Source of the DNA: the human T2T-CHM13v2.0 reference genome, Homo sapiens
NCBI RefSeq assembly: GCF_009914755.1
Contig: NC_060937.1
Direction: 5' to 3' (one strand)
Length of the DNA: 64,000 nucleotides
Shown here: positions 42,905 through 58,800 of the stretch, piece by piece
Numbering within the stretch: the first letter of the stretch is position 1
Layout: every line of letters begins with the position of its first letter
Notes under the pieces: generated by a model
What the model was told of the DNA's origin: nothing
What the model saw: the letters and a program-made list of their open reading frames with translations, nothing else
Databases searched by the model: none
Made by a program: the position numbers and the translations under genes

Positions 42905-43207
42905 TCTTTTTTGTTTTTGTTTTGAGATGGAGTCTCATTCTGTTGCCCAGGCTGGAGTGCACTGGAGTGATCTCGGCTCACTGCAACCTCCGCATCCCAG
43001 GTTCAAGCTATTCTCTTGCCTCAGCCTGCTGAGTAGCTGAGATTACAGGCGCCCGCCACTATGCCCGGCTCATTTTTTTTTTCTCTTTTTAGGAGAGACG
43101 GGGTTTCACCATGTTGGCCAGGCTGGTCTCGAACACCTGACCTTGTGATTTGCCTGCCTCAGCCTCCCAAAGTGCTGGGATTACAGGCGTGAGCCACCGC
43201 GCCCAGC
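42905..43207 (-). mobile_element. AluS
   Basis: Full antisense dimer ending gagccaccgcgcccagc. Confidence 0.9.
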
Positions 43208-44698
43208 TTCCAAAAGTTTTCAACAGAGCTCAGAGGTCTTAACCACAGGCACATCTGAGGAGCATTTTTGAAATGGTTTCCAGCTTCCTCAATAGGAATG
43301 GAAGCCAAACCCCGAACTGATGACTCCTTGGAGGAAGTCGAGAGCTGTAAGGAAAGCCAGGAACAGGGGCAAGGGAGAGATGCATCCCAAATGATCCTGT
43401 GCCAATTCTTTCTGGAATCTTTGATGTGATCTCAGATGCCATTTCCATACTTGACACAGTGATTGTGGCACCCACTGGTCTAGCTGTGGTCTACAAGGAA
43501 CCCCCAAAGGGAAGGGCACAGTGAGCAGGGGCATCGGCCTGAGGGACAAGGATTGGAGAGGGCAGGTTGGATGCAGGGAGGGGACTGGCCAAATGCCATG
43601 TGTCCGGACTTAGACTGCCTGGTTCAAATTGGGCTTCACCCTTTTTGACTTCATGATCTGGTACAAGTTATATGAAAATGCGTTGCTCCTTTTCTAGTCT
43701 GTAAAATCATCATGAAATGTGCACTAATAACTGGGTGACTACGCAGATGAAATGAAGCAAGCAGCATAGACCACAGAGCTCAGAGCCTGGCCTTTAGGAA
43801 GACCTCAGTAAGGGTTCATGATGCCCTGGTGTCTGTCATCATCCTCTTTATCCTCATCATCACCTTCACCATCTTTTTGTTGTTCTCAGGGAATAGTTTA
43901 GAGGGACTCATTCCCTGCTATGATGGGTGAGGTGTCTATGAAAAGGACAACCAGTGGGAGAGGAAGGCAAAATTTTGAATAAGATTTCTGAGACCCCCCA
44001 CCACAAGCAAGAACAGAATCTCCACAGTCTGCTGAGCTGACAGTTTGCACCTTGGTCTCCTCCCATCTCCCCACCGTACTGTCCTGTTTGTCCTGAGGAT
44101 GAGGAAACAAAGCAAGCCTCTGTCTGTCCCTCAGGACTCACTGAACTGCCCTTCCCCTCTGCTGGGCCATGACCACGGAGAACAGGTCCACTGTCCTCCC
44201 TCCTCTCTGCGTGTTGCATGACGGAGGCTCAGACTCTGCCCTCAAGGCTGGCAAGAAGACAGGGTGAGACATGAGCCTCCTGATACAGGTGACGGGTGTG
44301 GAGCCCACAGGACTGGAACCTCACACTGCAGGGCTGGAGGCACAGACTGAGTATTGACTATTCTATGGCCTGGGGTGCTCAAGGCACAGAGCTCCTCATT
44401 AGCCAAAGTCACCCAAGTTCCCCAATCTCTACAGATTTCCTCATAAGAATGCAGGAAGAAGAAGAGAAAAGGGAGTGTCCATAGAAGCTTTGGGGCTCTT
44501 CCTGTCATCAGGAGGAAGCTTGTGTGTATTATTCCCCTCTTTCTTTTCTTTTTAAAGATCCAACTGCTTTCATTTTCATCTTTTACTATGGGAAAATAGA
44601 CCACGTATCAATACTAAAAGTTATAAATCTATATGATTTCATCTAGAATGGCCAGTATAAACATTGACAATTTCCACTATTTTTCAGTTGACAGTTGA

Positions 44699-45637
<939 letters not shown>

Positions 45638-46673
45638 AGAAGTGCCTGCCTTTTGAAGGCTGAATAGTCTTCCATTGTATGAATGCACTGCAGTGTGCTT
45701 TTTCGTTCATCTGTCCACGAACCCTCGGGTTGCTTCCACATTTTGGCTGTTGTGAATAATGCTGCTATGAATATGGGTGCACAAATCTCTCTTCCACTCC
45801 TGCCTTCTAATTCTTTTTGGTAGGTACCCACAAATGCAACTGCGGGAACATCTGATCATTCTGTTTCTAATTTTTTCAGTACATGCCATAGTATTTTCCC
45901 TGTTCCTTCACGGTTTTACATTCCCTCCAATCATATTCGAGCATTCCTACTTCCCTCTAGTCTCACCAATGCTTGTTTGTTTATCATATCCATCCTAACG
46001 TGTGGTATCACATTCTTGGGTGATTTGCGCTTCCCTATGATGAGTGATTTTGAACATCATCTTAGATGCTTATTGGCCATTGCTATATCTTGTTTAGGGA
46101 CACGTCTACTCGAGTCTCCTGACCATTGTTAATGGGATGCTTTGGGTTTCTTGTTGTTTAGTTCTAGCTGTTCTTGATGTATGATGGATATTAGCCTCTT
46201 TTCAGATAGATGATTTGCAAATATTTTTCCTAATCCATGGGTTATCTTTTCACTCAGGTCACAGTGTTTTTTGCTGCACAGAAGTGTCTGTCATTTAGAT
46301 GTAATCCAAGGAATCTAATTTTCTTTCGTTGCCTATGCTTTTGGGGTCGTATCCCAGAAAGCATTGCCCAATCCAATGTCATGAAAGTGTGGCCAATGTT
46401 TTCTTTTAGGCCTATGATACTTTTAGCACTTGGGGTTAGGTCTTTGATCCAGTTTGTGTTAATTTTTGCACCTGGTGTGACATAGGGTCCACCTTCATTC
46501 TTCTGCATGTGGAAATCAAGTTCCTCTGACACCATTTCTTGAAAAGGCTGCTTTTCCACCAATGAGCTTTCTTAGCACTCATGTGAAAAATCATTTGAAC
46601 ATATAGGTGAGAAGTTATTTCTGGGCTCAAAAACAAACAAACAACAAGAGACAACAGATAAGGATACAGCATG

Positions 46674-47209
<536 letters not shown>

Positions 47210-47406
47210 TTAGGCTGAATAATACTTCATTGGGTGTGTATACCACAGTTTCTTAATTGAAACAAATTTCTAAAGAGCAAATATTTTTAAAATGTCTCGG
47301 AATGTGAAACTTCAGGGATACTGTGCCCATTTTATTCTTTTCTATTTCCCATCTTATGTATATGCAAGTGTATAACAAAGCAGCAATCAACGTGTGCATA
47401 AATCTA

Positions 47407-47868
<462 letters not shown>

Positions 47869-47935
47869 TCATATTACGATTAATTTCTCTTCTTACTCAT
47901 TGGAGCTTGATGCCTCTAAAAACTTCGTCATTGGA

Positions 47936-48247
<312 letters not shown>

Positions 48248-48953
48248 TCATTGGAACCACCTCTGGTGCTGTAAAAGAAAAAAAAAAAATCCGCATACTC
48301 ACACAGGTGCAAGTAAATCAGAATCTCAGGTATTGAGACCCAGGCCTCATCATTTGTAAGCTCCCCAGGGGATGGGACTCAAAGCCAAGACTGAGGAACG
48401 GTGACATGGATCTCTACACATAACCTGCCTAAATAGATTCTCTAGAAGCAGTTCATAAAGAAATTCCACATGAATTCCGGAAGAGGATATGAATTTGATG
48501 TACAGTATGTCCTCACTTAACATCTTTGAAAGTCTCTTGGAAACTTCACCTCGAAGCAAAATGATGTACAGTGAAACCACTTATTCCTAATCCACAGTAT
48601 AACTACACAACTTTGAACACACCAATGGTGTTGGAGGACCTGCTGTACATTGTTTCCATAAAGTCAATTTTCAGGGAATTCCAAAATGAAGTGAGGACTT
48701 CGTGTTTATAAAAAGATGGTTGTGATTCCACCTGGATGACAAGGTCATTGCTCAGAAACTAAAGGAGGCTGCCTAGGCACAGAGGATTCTGTCATGAGGT
48801 TTCTGCTAAACAAAGGATCCCAGAATACTCACCCATTCCAGTTAAAGGCATAACGAAGAAAGCAATGTTCACAAAGGAAATGCAGAAAGGAATAAAAGCC
48901 ATCAAGTCACAAAAAGAATGTGACTAAGGGGTAGGATTTGCAGACTTAGAGAT

Positions 48954-49960
48954 TTAATGTGGTTGCCCTTTCTCACCCACACAAGAAAAAGGATGGAACA
49001 GATCATGAGATTCGACTGTTGTGCTGCGCAGCCTCTGCAGGGCACTTTGAATGTCCCTGTTTCTCAGGCTGTAGATGAAAGGGTTCAGCATGGGGGTGAC
49101 CACAGCGTACATCACTGACGCCACCACACCATTCCTGGGGGGTGGTGCCACAGCTGAAGTCAGGTGCACGCCAATGCCTGTTCCATAAAATAAGCAAACA
49201 ACTGCCAGGTGAGAGCCACAGGTGGCAAGGGCTTTATACTTCCCATCTGATGATGACATCCTTAGAATGGAGGGGACAATTTTATAGAAAGACAAAAGGA
49301 ACCCTGAAATGGGAAGAAAACCAAACATAGTACTATCGAAATACATGAATATTCTATTGATGACACTGTCAGAACAGGCAAGGTTGAGAAGTTGAGATGG
49401 CTCACAGACAAAAGTAGAGATTTCCACATTCTTGAAGATGGTGAATTGTAACACAATCCAACTGTGCAGCTGGGAATCCAACAGGCTAAGGAAAAAGGAC
49501 ACCAAATGAAGAAGACACAGAGGGTGAGGATTCACAATGACTGGGTAGTGCAGAGGGCGACAGATGGCTACAAAGCAGTCATAGGCCATCATGGTCAGGA
49601 GCATGTCTTCTATACATGCAAAAAGGACCAAGAAAGACATCTGTGTCAGGCAGCCCGCATGAGAGATGACTCTGCTATGCAACTGCATGTCCACAGTCAT
49701 CTTGGGAACCGTGGCCGAGGTGAAACTGAGGTTAGCCCAGCACAGGTTGGAGAGGAAGAAGTACATGGGGGTGTGGAGGTGGGAGTCAGGGTTGACAGCC
49801 AGGATGATGAGCAGGTTCCTCAGCACCGTGACCAGATACATGGACAGGGACAGGGACAGCAAAGCAAGGACCGGCTGCAGTTCTGGATCCCCTGAGAGTC
49901 CCAGGAGGAGGAATTCTCAGACACCTGTGAGACTCCGTGGCTCTGTGTGACTTGGACACC
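48954..49960 (-). pseudogene. OR7E-family olfactory receptor pseudogene with a long open frame (295 codons from ATG 49841)
   Basis: [47 protein letters not shown] in one frame; upstream in-frame TGA at 49917-49919 (LTGV*EFLLLGLS); polypyrimidine-AG acceptor at 49961-49960. Confidence 0.92.
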
Positions 49961-50592
49961 TTGAGAAGGAAAGAAGATTGGAAAAATAAAAGACAAAAAG
50001 CAGCCCTTCATGCTGAATGCAAGCAATTCACAAGGAACATTTTCACACTTGCAGACCATACACCGCCAGCAATGTTTCTCAGTTGTGACAAATCCAAAAA
50101 TCTCAGAATTGTTACATGTTTTACTTTTTTGCTATTCAACTCTTTCTGTACATACTACTTTAGAGAAAATCCACTGAAGAAGGTTAGAAGACCAAAACAT
50201 CATATATAACAAATCCGTGATCTCAGTAAAATACGGCCCACTCTTTTCAGAAAAAATAGAATGCAATGAAAATGTTCTTCTCTTGAAGAAAAAGATCTCA
50301 GTCTAATTGGAAGAAATTAAGAAGCCGTGAAATACACTCTATTTTATTCTGACACCGTGCTACAAATTCCTTTGATGTGGAATATGTAGAAGGATGATAC
50401 AAGAGCTAGGACCGCATTATCTAAAAATGAACTCGAAACTTAAGAGTTCTTCATTGGAAGACCTTTTCACATGCCAGTTACTTTTCATATTTATTATCAT
50501 CCTTAGGTTTCCTGACATCATTTCTTCATAAAAGTACATGCACACTCAAATATGGGAGCTGTGTTTCCAAATGAATTGAATATATAACTCCT

Positions 50593-50811
50593 GGCCGAGC
50601 GCCATGGCACACACCTGTAATCCCAGCACTTTGGGCGGCCGAGGCTGATGGATCACCTGAGGTCAGGAGTTCCAGACCAGCTTGGCCAACGTGGTGAAAC
50701 CGCTTCTCCAGTGAAAATAAAAAGAAATTAGCCGGGCATGGTGGCGGGTAACCCTAGCTACTCGGGAGGCTGAAGCAGGAGAATCCCTTAGAACCTGGAA
50801 GGCAGACATTG
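50593..50811 (+). mobile_element. AluS, 3'-truncated and fused to satellite
   Basis: Alu sequence stops at ggcagacattg and continues as acaccctgtgata; no A tail. Confidence 0.88.
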
Positions 50812-51690
50812 GACACCCTGTGATAGGATTTTTGATATCCTAGGGAGATATTGCTCCTGACAGCAGAGTGGGCGTACACCCTGTGATATTATTTGTAATA
50901 TCCTAGAAAGATATTGCTCCTAATATCACAGTGGCTGTACACCCTGTCCTGTGATATTAATTGTAATATCCTACAGAGATATTACTCCTAATAATACAGT
51001 GGGTGTACACCCTATGGTATTATTCATAATATATTACGGAGATATGACTCCTGATATCACAGTGAGTGTACACCATGTTTGCACACCCTGTGATCTTATT
51101 TGTAACAACTTAGAAAAATATTACAGCTAATATCAAAGTGGGTGTACACCCTGTGATGTTATTTGTTATCTACTAGGTAGATATTAATCCTAATATCACA
51201 GTGAGTGTACACCATGTGTGTACAGACTGTGAAATTATTCATAATACCCTAGGAAGATATTACTCCTAATATCACAGTGGGTGTACACCCTGTGATATTA
51301 TTGGTGATCCCCTAGGGTGATACGATTCCTACTATTACGGTGGGTGTACACTCTGTGAGGTTATTTGTAATGTCCTGGGAAGATATTACTCCTAATATCA
51401 AAGTGGATGTACACCACGTGTGTACACTCTGTGATATCATTCGTGATATCCCAGAGAGATATTTCTCCTGATATCACAGTGTGTGTACACTCTGTGATAT
51501 TACTTGTACTATCCTAGAGAGATATTGCTCCCAGTATCACAGTGGGTGTACACTGGGATATTACCAATAACATCACCCATGTAATTTCTCCCTAGGATGT
51601 CACGAGTAACATCTCAGTTCATACACACATGGTGTACACCCACGGTGACATTAAGGGTAATATCTCCCTGGGATATTACCAATAACATCA
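50812..51690 (-). repeat. SATR-family satellite; orientation flips at ~51553
   Basis: gatattactcctaatatcacagtgggtgtacaccctgtgatatt repeats; the last ~140 bp are in the opposite orientation. Confidence 0.88.
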
Positions 51691-51847
51691 GTTACAATAT
51701 TGTATTGTCAGAACTGCAAATTATTGCTGAGTGTGGATTGCTCTGAAATCTGAAAACATGCCTTGTGAATTGCTTATATCCAAAATGCAGACACAATGCT
51801 GGGTGTTGGTTTACTTGTTTCCGATTTCTCAACCTCTTTTCTAGGCA

Positions 51848-52807
51848 AAAGGTGTCCAATCTCTACAGACCCACAGAATCTAACAGATGTCTCTGTATTC
51901 CTCCTCCTAGAACTACAGAGGATCCAGAACGGCAGCCGGTCCTCACTGGGCTGTTCCTGTCCATGTGCCTGGTCATGGTGCTGGGGAACCTGCTCATCAT
52001 CCTGGCCATCAGCCCTGACTCCCACCTCCACATCCCCATGTACTTCTTCCTCTCCAACCTGTCCTTGCCTGACATCGGTTTCACCTCCACCACGGTCCCC
52101 AAGATGATTGTGGACATCCAGTCTCACAGCAGAGTCATCTCCTATGCAGGCTGCCTGACTCAGATGTCTCTCTTTGCCATTTTTGGAGGCATGGAAGAGA
52201 GACATGCTCCTGAGTGTGATGGCCTATGACCGGTTTGTAGCCATCTGTCACCCTCTATATCATTCAGCCATCATGAACCCGTGTTTCTGTGGCTTCCTAG
52301 TTTTGTTGTCTTTTTTTTTCTGTCCTCAGTCTTTTAGACTCCCAGCTGCACAACTTGATTGCCTTACAAGTGACCTGCTTCAAGGATGTGGAAATTCCTA
52401 ATTTCTTCTGTGACCCTTCTCAACTCCCCCATCTTGCATGTTGTGACACCTTCACCAATAAGATAATCATGTATTTCCCTGCTGCCATATTTGGTTTTCT
52501 TCCCATCTCAGGGACCCTTTTCTCTTACTCTAAAATTGTTTCCTCCATTCTGAGGGTTTCATCATCAGGTGGGAAGTATAAAGCCTTCTCCACCTGTGGG
52601 TCTCACCTGTCAGTTGTTTGCTGAGTTTATGGAACAGGCGTTGGAGGTTACCTCAGTTCAGATGATGTGTCATCTTCCCCCAGAAAGGGTGCAGTGGCCT
52701 CAGTGATGTACACGGTGGTCACCCCCATGCCGAACCCCTTCATCTACAGCCTGAGAAACAGGGATATTAAAAGTGTCCTGCGGCGGCCGCACGGCAGCAC
52801 AGTCTAA
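51848..52807 (+). pseudogene. OR7E-family olfactory receptor pseudogene (copy B, inverted paralog of copy A)
   Basis: Same motifs and lesions as copy A (TGA at 52622-52624; T9 run); >99% identical to the reverse complement of 40401-41360. Confidence 0.95.
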
Positions 52808-52879
52808 TCTCAATATCTTCTTATCTGTTCCATTCCTTTTGTAGTGTGGGTTAAAAAAGGCAGAAAGGTCAAATAAGAA

Positions 52880-55800
52880 TGATATCACAGGTGAACACCC
52901 ACTGTGATATTAGGAGTAATACCTCCCTGGGATATAAAAAATACCGTGACGGAGTATACACACATGGGGTACACCCACTGTGATAGTAGAAGCAATATCT
53001 CCCTAAAGTATGATGAAAAATATCACAGGGTGTGCATACTGTGTGATATGAGGAGTAATATTTACCCTGGATATTATGACTAATATCAAGGGTGTACACA
53101 CACGGGGTACACACACTGTGATATCAGGAGTTGTATCTCCCTAGGATATTACAAATAATATCACAGGGTATACACTATGTGTGTACATCCACTGTGATAT
53201 TTGAAGTAATATCTCTTTATGAGATTACAAAGATTATCAAAGGGTATACACCCCAGTGACATATTAGGAGTAACGTCCTTCTAGGGTATTACAGATGACG
53301 TCACAAGGTATACATCTTCTGTGACATTTTGTACACCGTTTGTGACATTAAAAGAAACATCCCCTTAGGATATTACGAATAATGACACAGGCGGCTTACA
53401 CACATGGTGTACACTGCCTGTGCCATCAGGAGTACCATTCCCCTAGGATATTATGAATAATATCACAGCAGGTGTACACACATGGTGTACACCCCATGTG
53501 ACATTAGGAGGAACATGCCCCTAGGATATTAGGAATAGTATCACAGGTGTTGAATATGCATGATATACACCCCCGGTGATATTAAAAGTAACATCCCCCT
53601 AGGATATTATGAATAATATGACAGGGAGTACACCCTCTGTGACATTAGGAGTAACATCCCCTGAGGATATAACGGATAATATCAGAGGGTGTACATGCAT
53701 TGTGACCTTAGTAGTAACATCTCTTTAGGATATTACAAATAATATCACAGGGTGTACACGCATTGTGACATTAGGAGTAACATCCCGCTGGGTTATGACG
53801 AGTCATATCACAGGGTGTACACCCCTGTGACAATAGTAGCAACATTCCCCTAGAATATTACGAATCATATCACAGGAGGTACAGCCCCTGTGATTTACGA
53901 GTAACATGTCTATAGAATATTACAACTCATATCACTGTGTGACTCTGTGTACATCCCATGGGACATTAGGAGTAACATCCCACAAAACTATTACAAATAA
54001 TATCACAGGGTGAACTCCCCCTGCGACATGAGGAATAACCTAGTTTTAGGATATTATGAATGGTATGACAAGGTATACACACCCTGTGATGTTAGGAGCA
54101 AAATCCGTCCAGGATATTAGGAATAATATCACACGGAACACACCCCCTGTGTCATTAGGATATTATGAATAATATCACAAAGTGTACATGCATTGTGACA
54201 TTAATACTAATATCCCTCTCGTATACTATGAATAATATCACAGGGTGTACATCCCTGTGACACTAGGAGTAACATCCCCCTAGAATATAACAAATAATAT
54301 CACAGGGGGTACACACCCTGTGACTTCAGGATTATCACCGCCCTGGAATATGAGGAATACTGTCCCAGGTTATTAATCCCCTGGGACCTGAGGAGTAACA
54401 TTCCGCTGGAATATTATGAATAATATCACAGTGTGTACACCAACTGTGATATTAGGAGTCCTATTTATTTTTACGATATTAGGAGTAATATCACAGTAGG
54501 TGTACACAAATAGTTTGTACACCTACTGTGATATTAAAAGTTATATCTCCCTAGGGTATTGTGAATAACATCACAGTGAGGGTACACCCACTGTGATATT
54601 TGAAGTAATATCTCCCTAAGATATGAGAAAAAATATCAAAGGGTGGACCCCGTCTGTGACATCAAAAGTAACATCTCTGTGGATATTCCGAATAATATCA
54701 CAGGGTGTACACAGCCTGTGACATTAGGAGTAGCATCCCCATAAGATATACTGAGTAATATCACAGGGTGTACACCCTGTGTGACATTAAGAGTAACATC
54801 TTCTTAGGATATTATGAACAACATCACAGGGTGTACGACCCCTGTGACTTTAAAAGTATCATCCCCCTAGAATATTATGAATAACATCATGGGTGTACAC
54901 CCCATGTGACATTAGGAGTAACATTTCCCTAGGATATTATGAAGAATATCACTGGGTGTACACCCTCTGTCATATTAGGAGTAACATCTTTCTAGGGTAT
55001 TATGAATAATATCACAAGGTGTACACACACTGTGATATTCGGAGAGATAACTCAATGGGATATAAGGTATCATATCACAGAATATACACACATGGTGTAC
55101 ACCCACTGTGATATTAGAAGCAATATCTCCCTATGATAGTATGAGAAATATCAAACGGAGTACACTCTCTGTGATATTAGATGTAATGTTTACCATGGAT
55201 ATTACAAATAATATCACAGGGTGTACACACATGAGGTACGCCCACTGTGGTATTATTTGTACTGTCTTAGAGAGATATAACTCTCTAATATTACACAGAG
55301 AGCTATGACTCTGTAATATCTCTAAGATATTACAAATAATATCACAGTGGGTGTACACTATGTGTGTACACCCACTGTGAGATTTACAGCAATATCTCCC
55401 TATAAGACTACAAATATTATCAAAGGGTGTACACCCCCTGTAACCTTAGGAGTAACACCCTTCTGGATATCAGGAATAATACCATAAGGCATACACACCT
55501 TGTGACATTTTGTACACACTTTGTGACATTAAAAGTCACATCCCCCTAGTATATTATGAATAATATCAAAGGCAGTTGACGCACATGGTATACACATCCT
55601 GTTACATTAGGCATAATCTTTTTCTGTGATTTACGAATAATATCACAGAAGGTGTACACACATGGTGTACACTCCAGGTGACATTAGGAGCAACATCCCC
55701 CCAAGATATTAGAAATAATATTACCAGGGTTGCATACACATGGTGTACTCTCCCTGTGACATTAGCAGCAACATTCCCCTAGAATATTACGAATAACCTC

Positions 55801-58800
55801 AGAGGGGGTGTACACACATAATGTACGCACCTTGTAAAATTAGGAGTAGCATCTCCCTACGATGTTATGAATAATATCACAGAATGTGTACACACATGGC
55901 GGATACCCCATGTGATGTTAGGAGTTACATCTTTCTAGTATGTTAGGAATAATATCACAAAGGTGTTCACACATGGTTAACAGCATATGGAATATTAGGA
56001 TTAACATCCCTCGAGAATATTACAAATAACATCACAGGGGTTGTGCACACATGGTGCACAAGCCCTGTGACATTAGGAGTACATTTCCCTGACACATTAC
56101 GAGTAATATCAGAGAGTGTGCACCTTCTGTGACATTTGGAGTAAAGTCCCCTAGGATAGTACGAATAATATCACAGGGTGTACATCCCCTGTTACCTGAG
56201 GAGTAACATCTTTCTAGGATATTGTGAATAATATCACAAAACGCACAGCCCCTGTGACACGAGGAGTAACATCCACCTAGGATATTAGGAATAATATCAC
56301 AGGGAGTACACCCCGTGTGACAGTAGGAGTAACCTCCCCCGAGGATATAACGAACAAATACAGAGGATGTACACGTGTCGTGACATTAGCAGTAACATCC
56401 ATTTAGGATATTACGAATATTATCACAGTGTGAACACCCCCTGTGATATTAGGAGTAACATTCCCCTACAATATTGGGAACCATATCATACGGTGTACAC
56501 CCCCTGTGACATTAGATGTAACATTTTGTTAGGATATTATGAATAATATTACAAGGTGTACAGCCCCTGGGATAATAGGAGTAACATTTCCATAAAATAT
56601 TACGAATAATATCACTGTTTGCACACCACGGGTGACATTAGGAGTAACAGCCCCCAAAACTATTATGAATAACTTCACAGGGTGTACACCCTCTGTGACA
56701 TTAGGAGTAACATCTTTCTAAAATATTACGAATCAAATCGCAAAATGTACACCCCCTGTGACATTAGAAGTAACATCACCCTAGGCTATAAGAAATAATA
56801 TCAGACTGTGTACCTGCATTGTGACATCAGTAGTAACATCCCTTACTACTGATTTTTACGAATATTTTCAGAGCGTGAACACCTTCTGTGACATTAGGAG
56901 TAACATCACCCTATAATATTGGGAATAATACCACACGATGTACACCGCCTGTGACATTAGTGGTAACATTTCTTTAGGATATTACGAATAATATGACAGG
57001 GTGTACAGCCCCTGTGATATTAGGAGTAACATATCCAAAAAACTGTACAAATAATATCACTGTTTGTACACCACGTGTGACATTAGGAGTAACATCCCCC
57101 CAAACTATTATGAATAACTTCACAGATTGTACACCCTCTGTGATATTAGGAGTCAACATCTTCCTAGAATGTGAAGAATAACATCACAGGATGTACACCC
57201 CCGTGACATGAGGAGTAACATCACTCTAGGATATTATGAATAATATAACAAAGTGGACACAATGTGTATGGTGGGAGTAACATCCCCCTGGGATACTACG
57301 AATCATAGCACAGAAAGCACACCCCCGTGACAATAGGAGTCACATCCCCTTAGGATATTATGAATAATATCACAAGCTGTACAAGCATTGTGACATTAGT
57401 AACAATATCCAGATAGTATATTGTGAATAATATCACAGCGTGTACACATTTGCGATATTAGGAGTAACATCTCCCTAGAATATTACGAATAATATCACAG
57501 GGTGTACACATCCTGCGACTTTAGGATAATCATCCCCGTGGATAACTACAAATAATTTCACAGGATGTTAAACCCCTGTGACAATAGGAATAATATACTT
57601 CTAGGATATGATGAATAATATCACAGTGTGTACACCCACTGTGATATGAAAAGTTATACCTCCCTCAGATATTGTGAATAATATCACAGGGTGTACACCA
57701 CGTGTGCACACCTATTGTGATTTTTAAAGTAATATCTCCTTAGGATATTACGAATAATATCAAGGGGTGTACACACCCTATGACATTAAGATAACACCCC
57801 TTTAGGATATTCGAAATAATATCCCAGGGTGTACACCCCATGTGACATTACAAGTAACATCTTCCGAGGATATTACGAATAAGATCCCAGGGTTGACATC
57901 CCCTGTGATTTTAAAAGTAAAATCCCTCTAGAATATTACTAATAATAACACAGGGTGTACACCCCTGCGACATTAGGAGTAACATCCTTCCAGGATATTA
58001 CGAATAATATCAGAAGGTGTACACACATGTTGACATTAGTAGTAATATCCCACTAGTATATTGTGAATAATATCACAGGGTATACACACCTGTGACATTA
58101 GGAGTAACATCCCCCTGGAATATTCCACATAATATCACAGAGTGTACACCTCCTGTGACTTTAGGAGTATCATCCCGCTAAAATATTACGAATAATGTCA
58201 CAGGGGGTTAGCCTGTGTAATATCACAGGGTGTACAGCCCCTGTGACATTAGGAGTAACATCTTTCTAGAACATCACAAGTAATATCACAATGTGTACAC
58301 CCCCTGTGACATTAAAAGTAAAATCCCCCTAAGATATTCCGAATAATATCACAGGGAGTACACCCCGTGTGACATAGGAGTAATAACCCGTGAGGATATA
58401 ATGAATAATATCAGAGGGTGTACACGTATTGTGACATAAGTAGTAACATCTCCCTAGGATATTATGAACAATACCAGAAGGGGTACACCCCGGGTGACAT
58501 TAATTTCTGTAACATTCCCCTAGAATATGACCAATAACATGACATGGTATAGAACACCTGTGATTTATGAGTAACATTTCTATAGAATATTACAAGTAAT
58601 ATTCGGTGTGCACCCCGTGTGACATTAGGAGTAACATCCCACGAAACTGTGACGAATAATTTCAAAAGGTGTACACCCTCTGTGACATTAAAAGTAACAT
58701 CTCGCTAGGATATTACGAATAATATCACAGGGTATACAGACCCTGTGACATGAGGAGTAATGTCTTTTTAGGATATCACGAATAATATAACAAGATGTAC

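Noticed and set aside
43239-43549. Non-repeat-looking minus-strand ORFs (MEMASEITSKIPERIGTGSFG...) as a gene or pseudogene fragment
   Set aside because: I do not recognise the family and see no clear splice or poly(A) support; a BLAST search is needed
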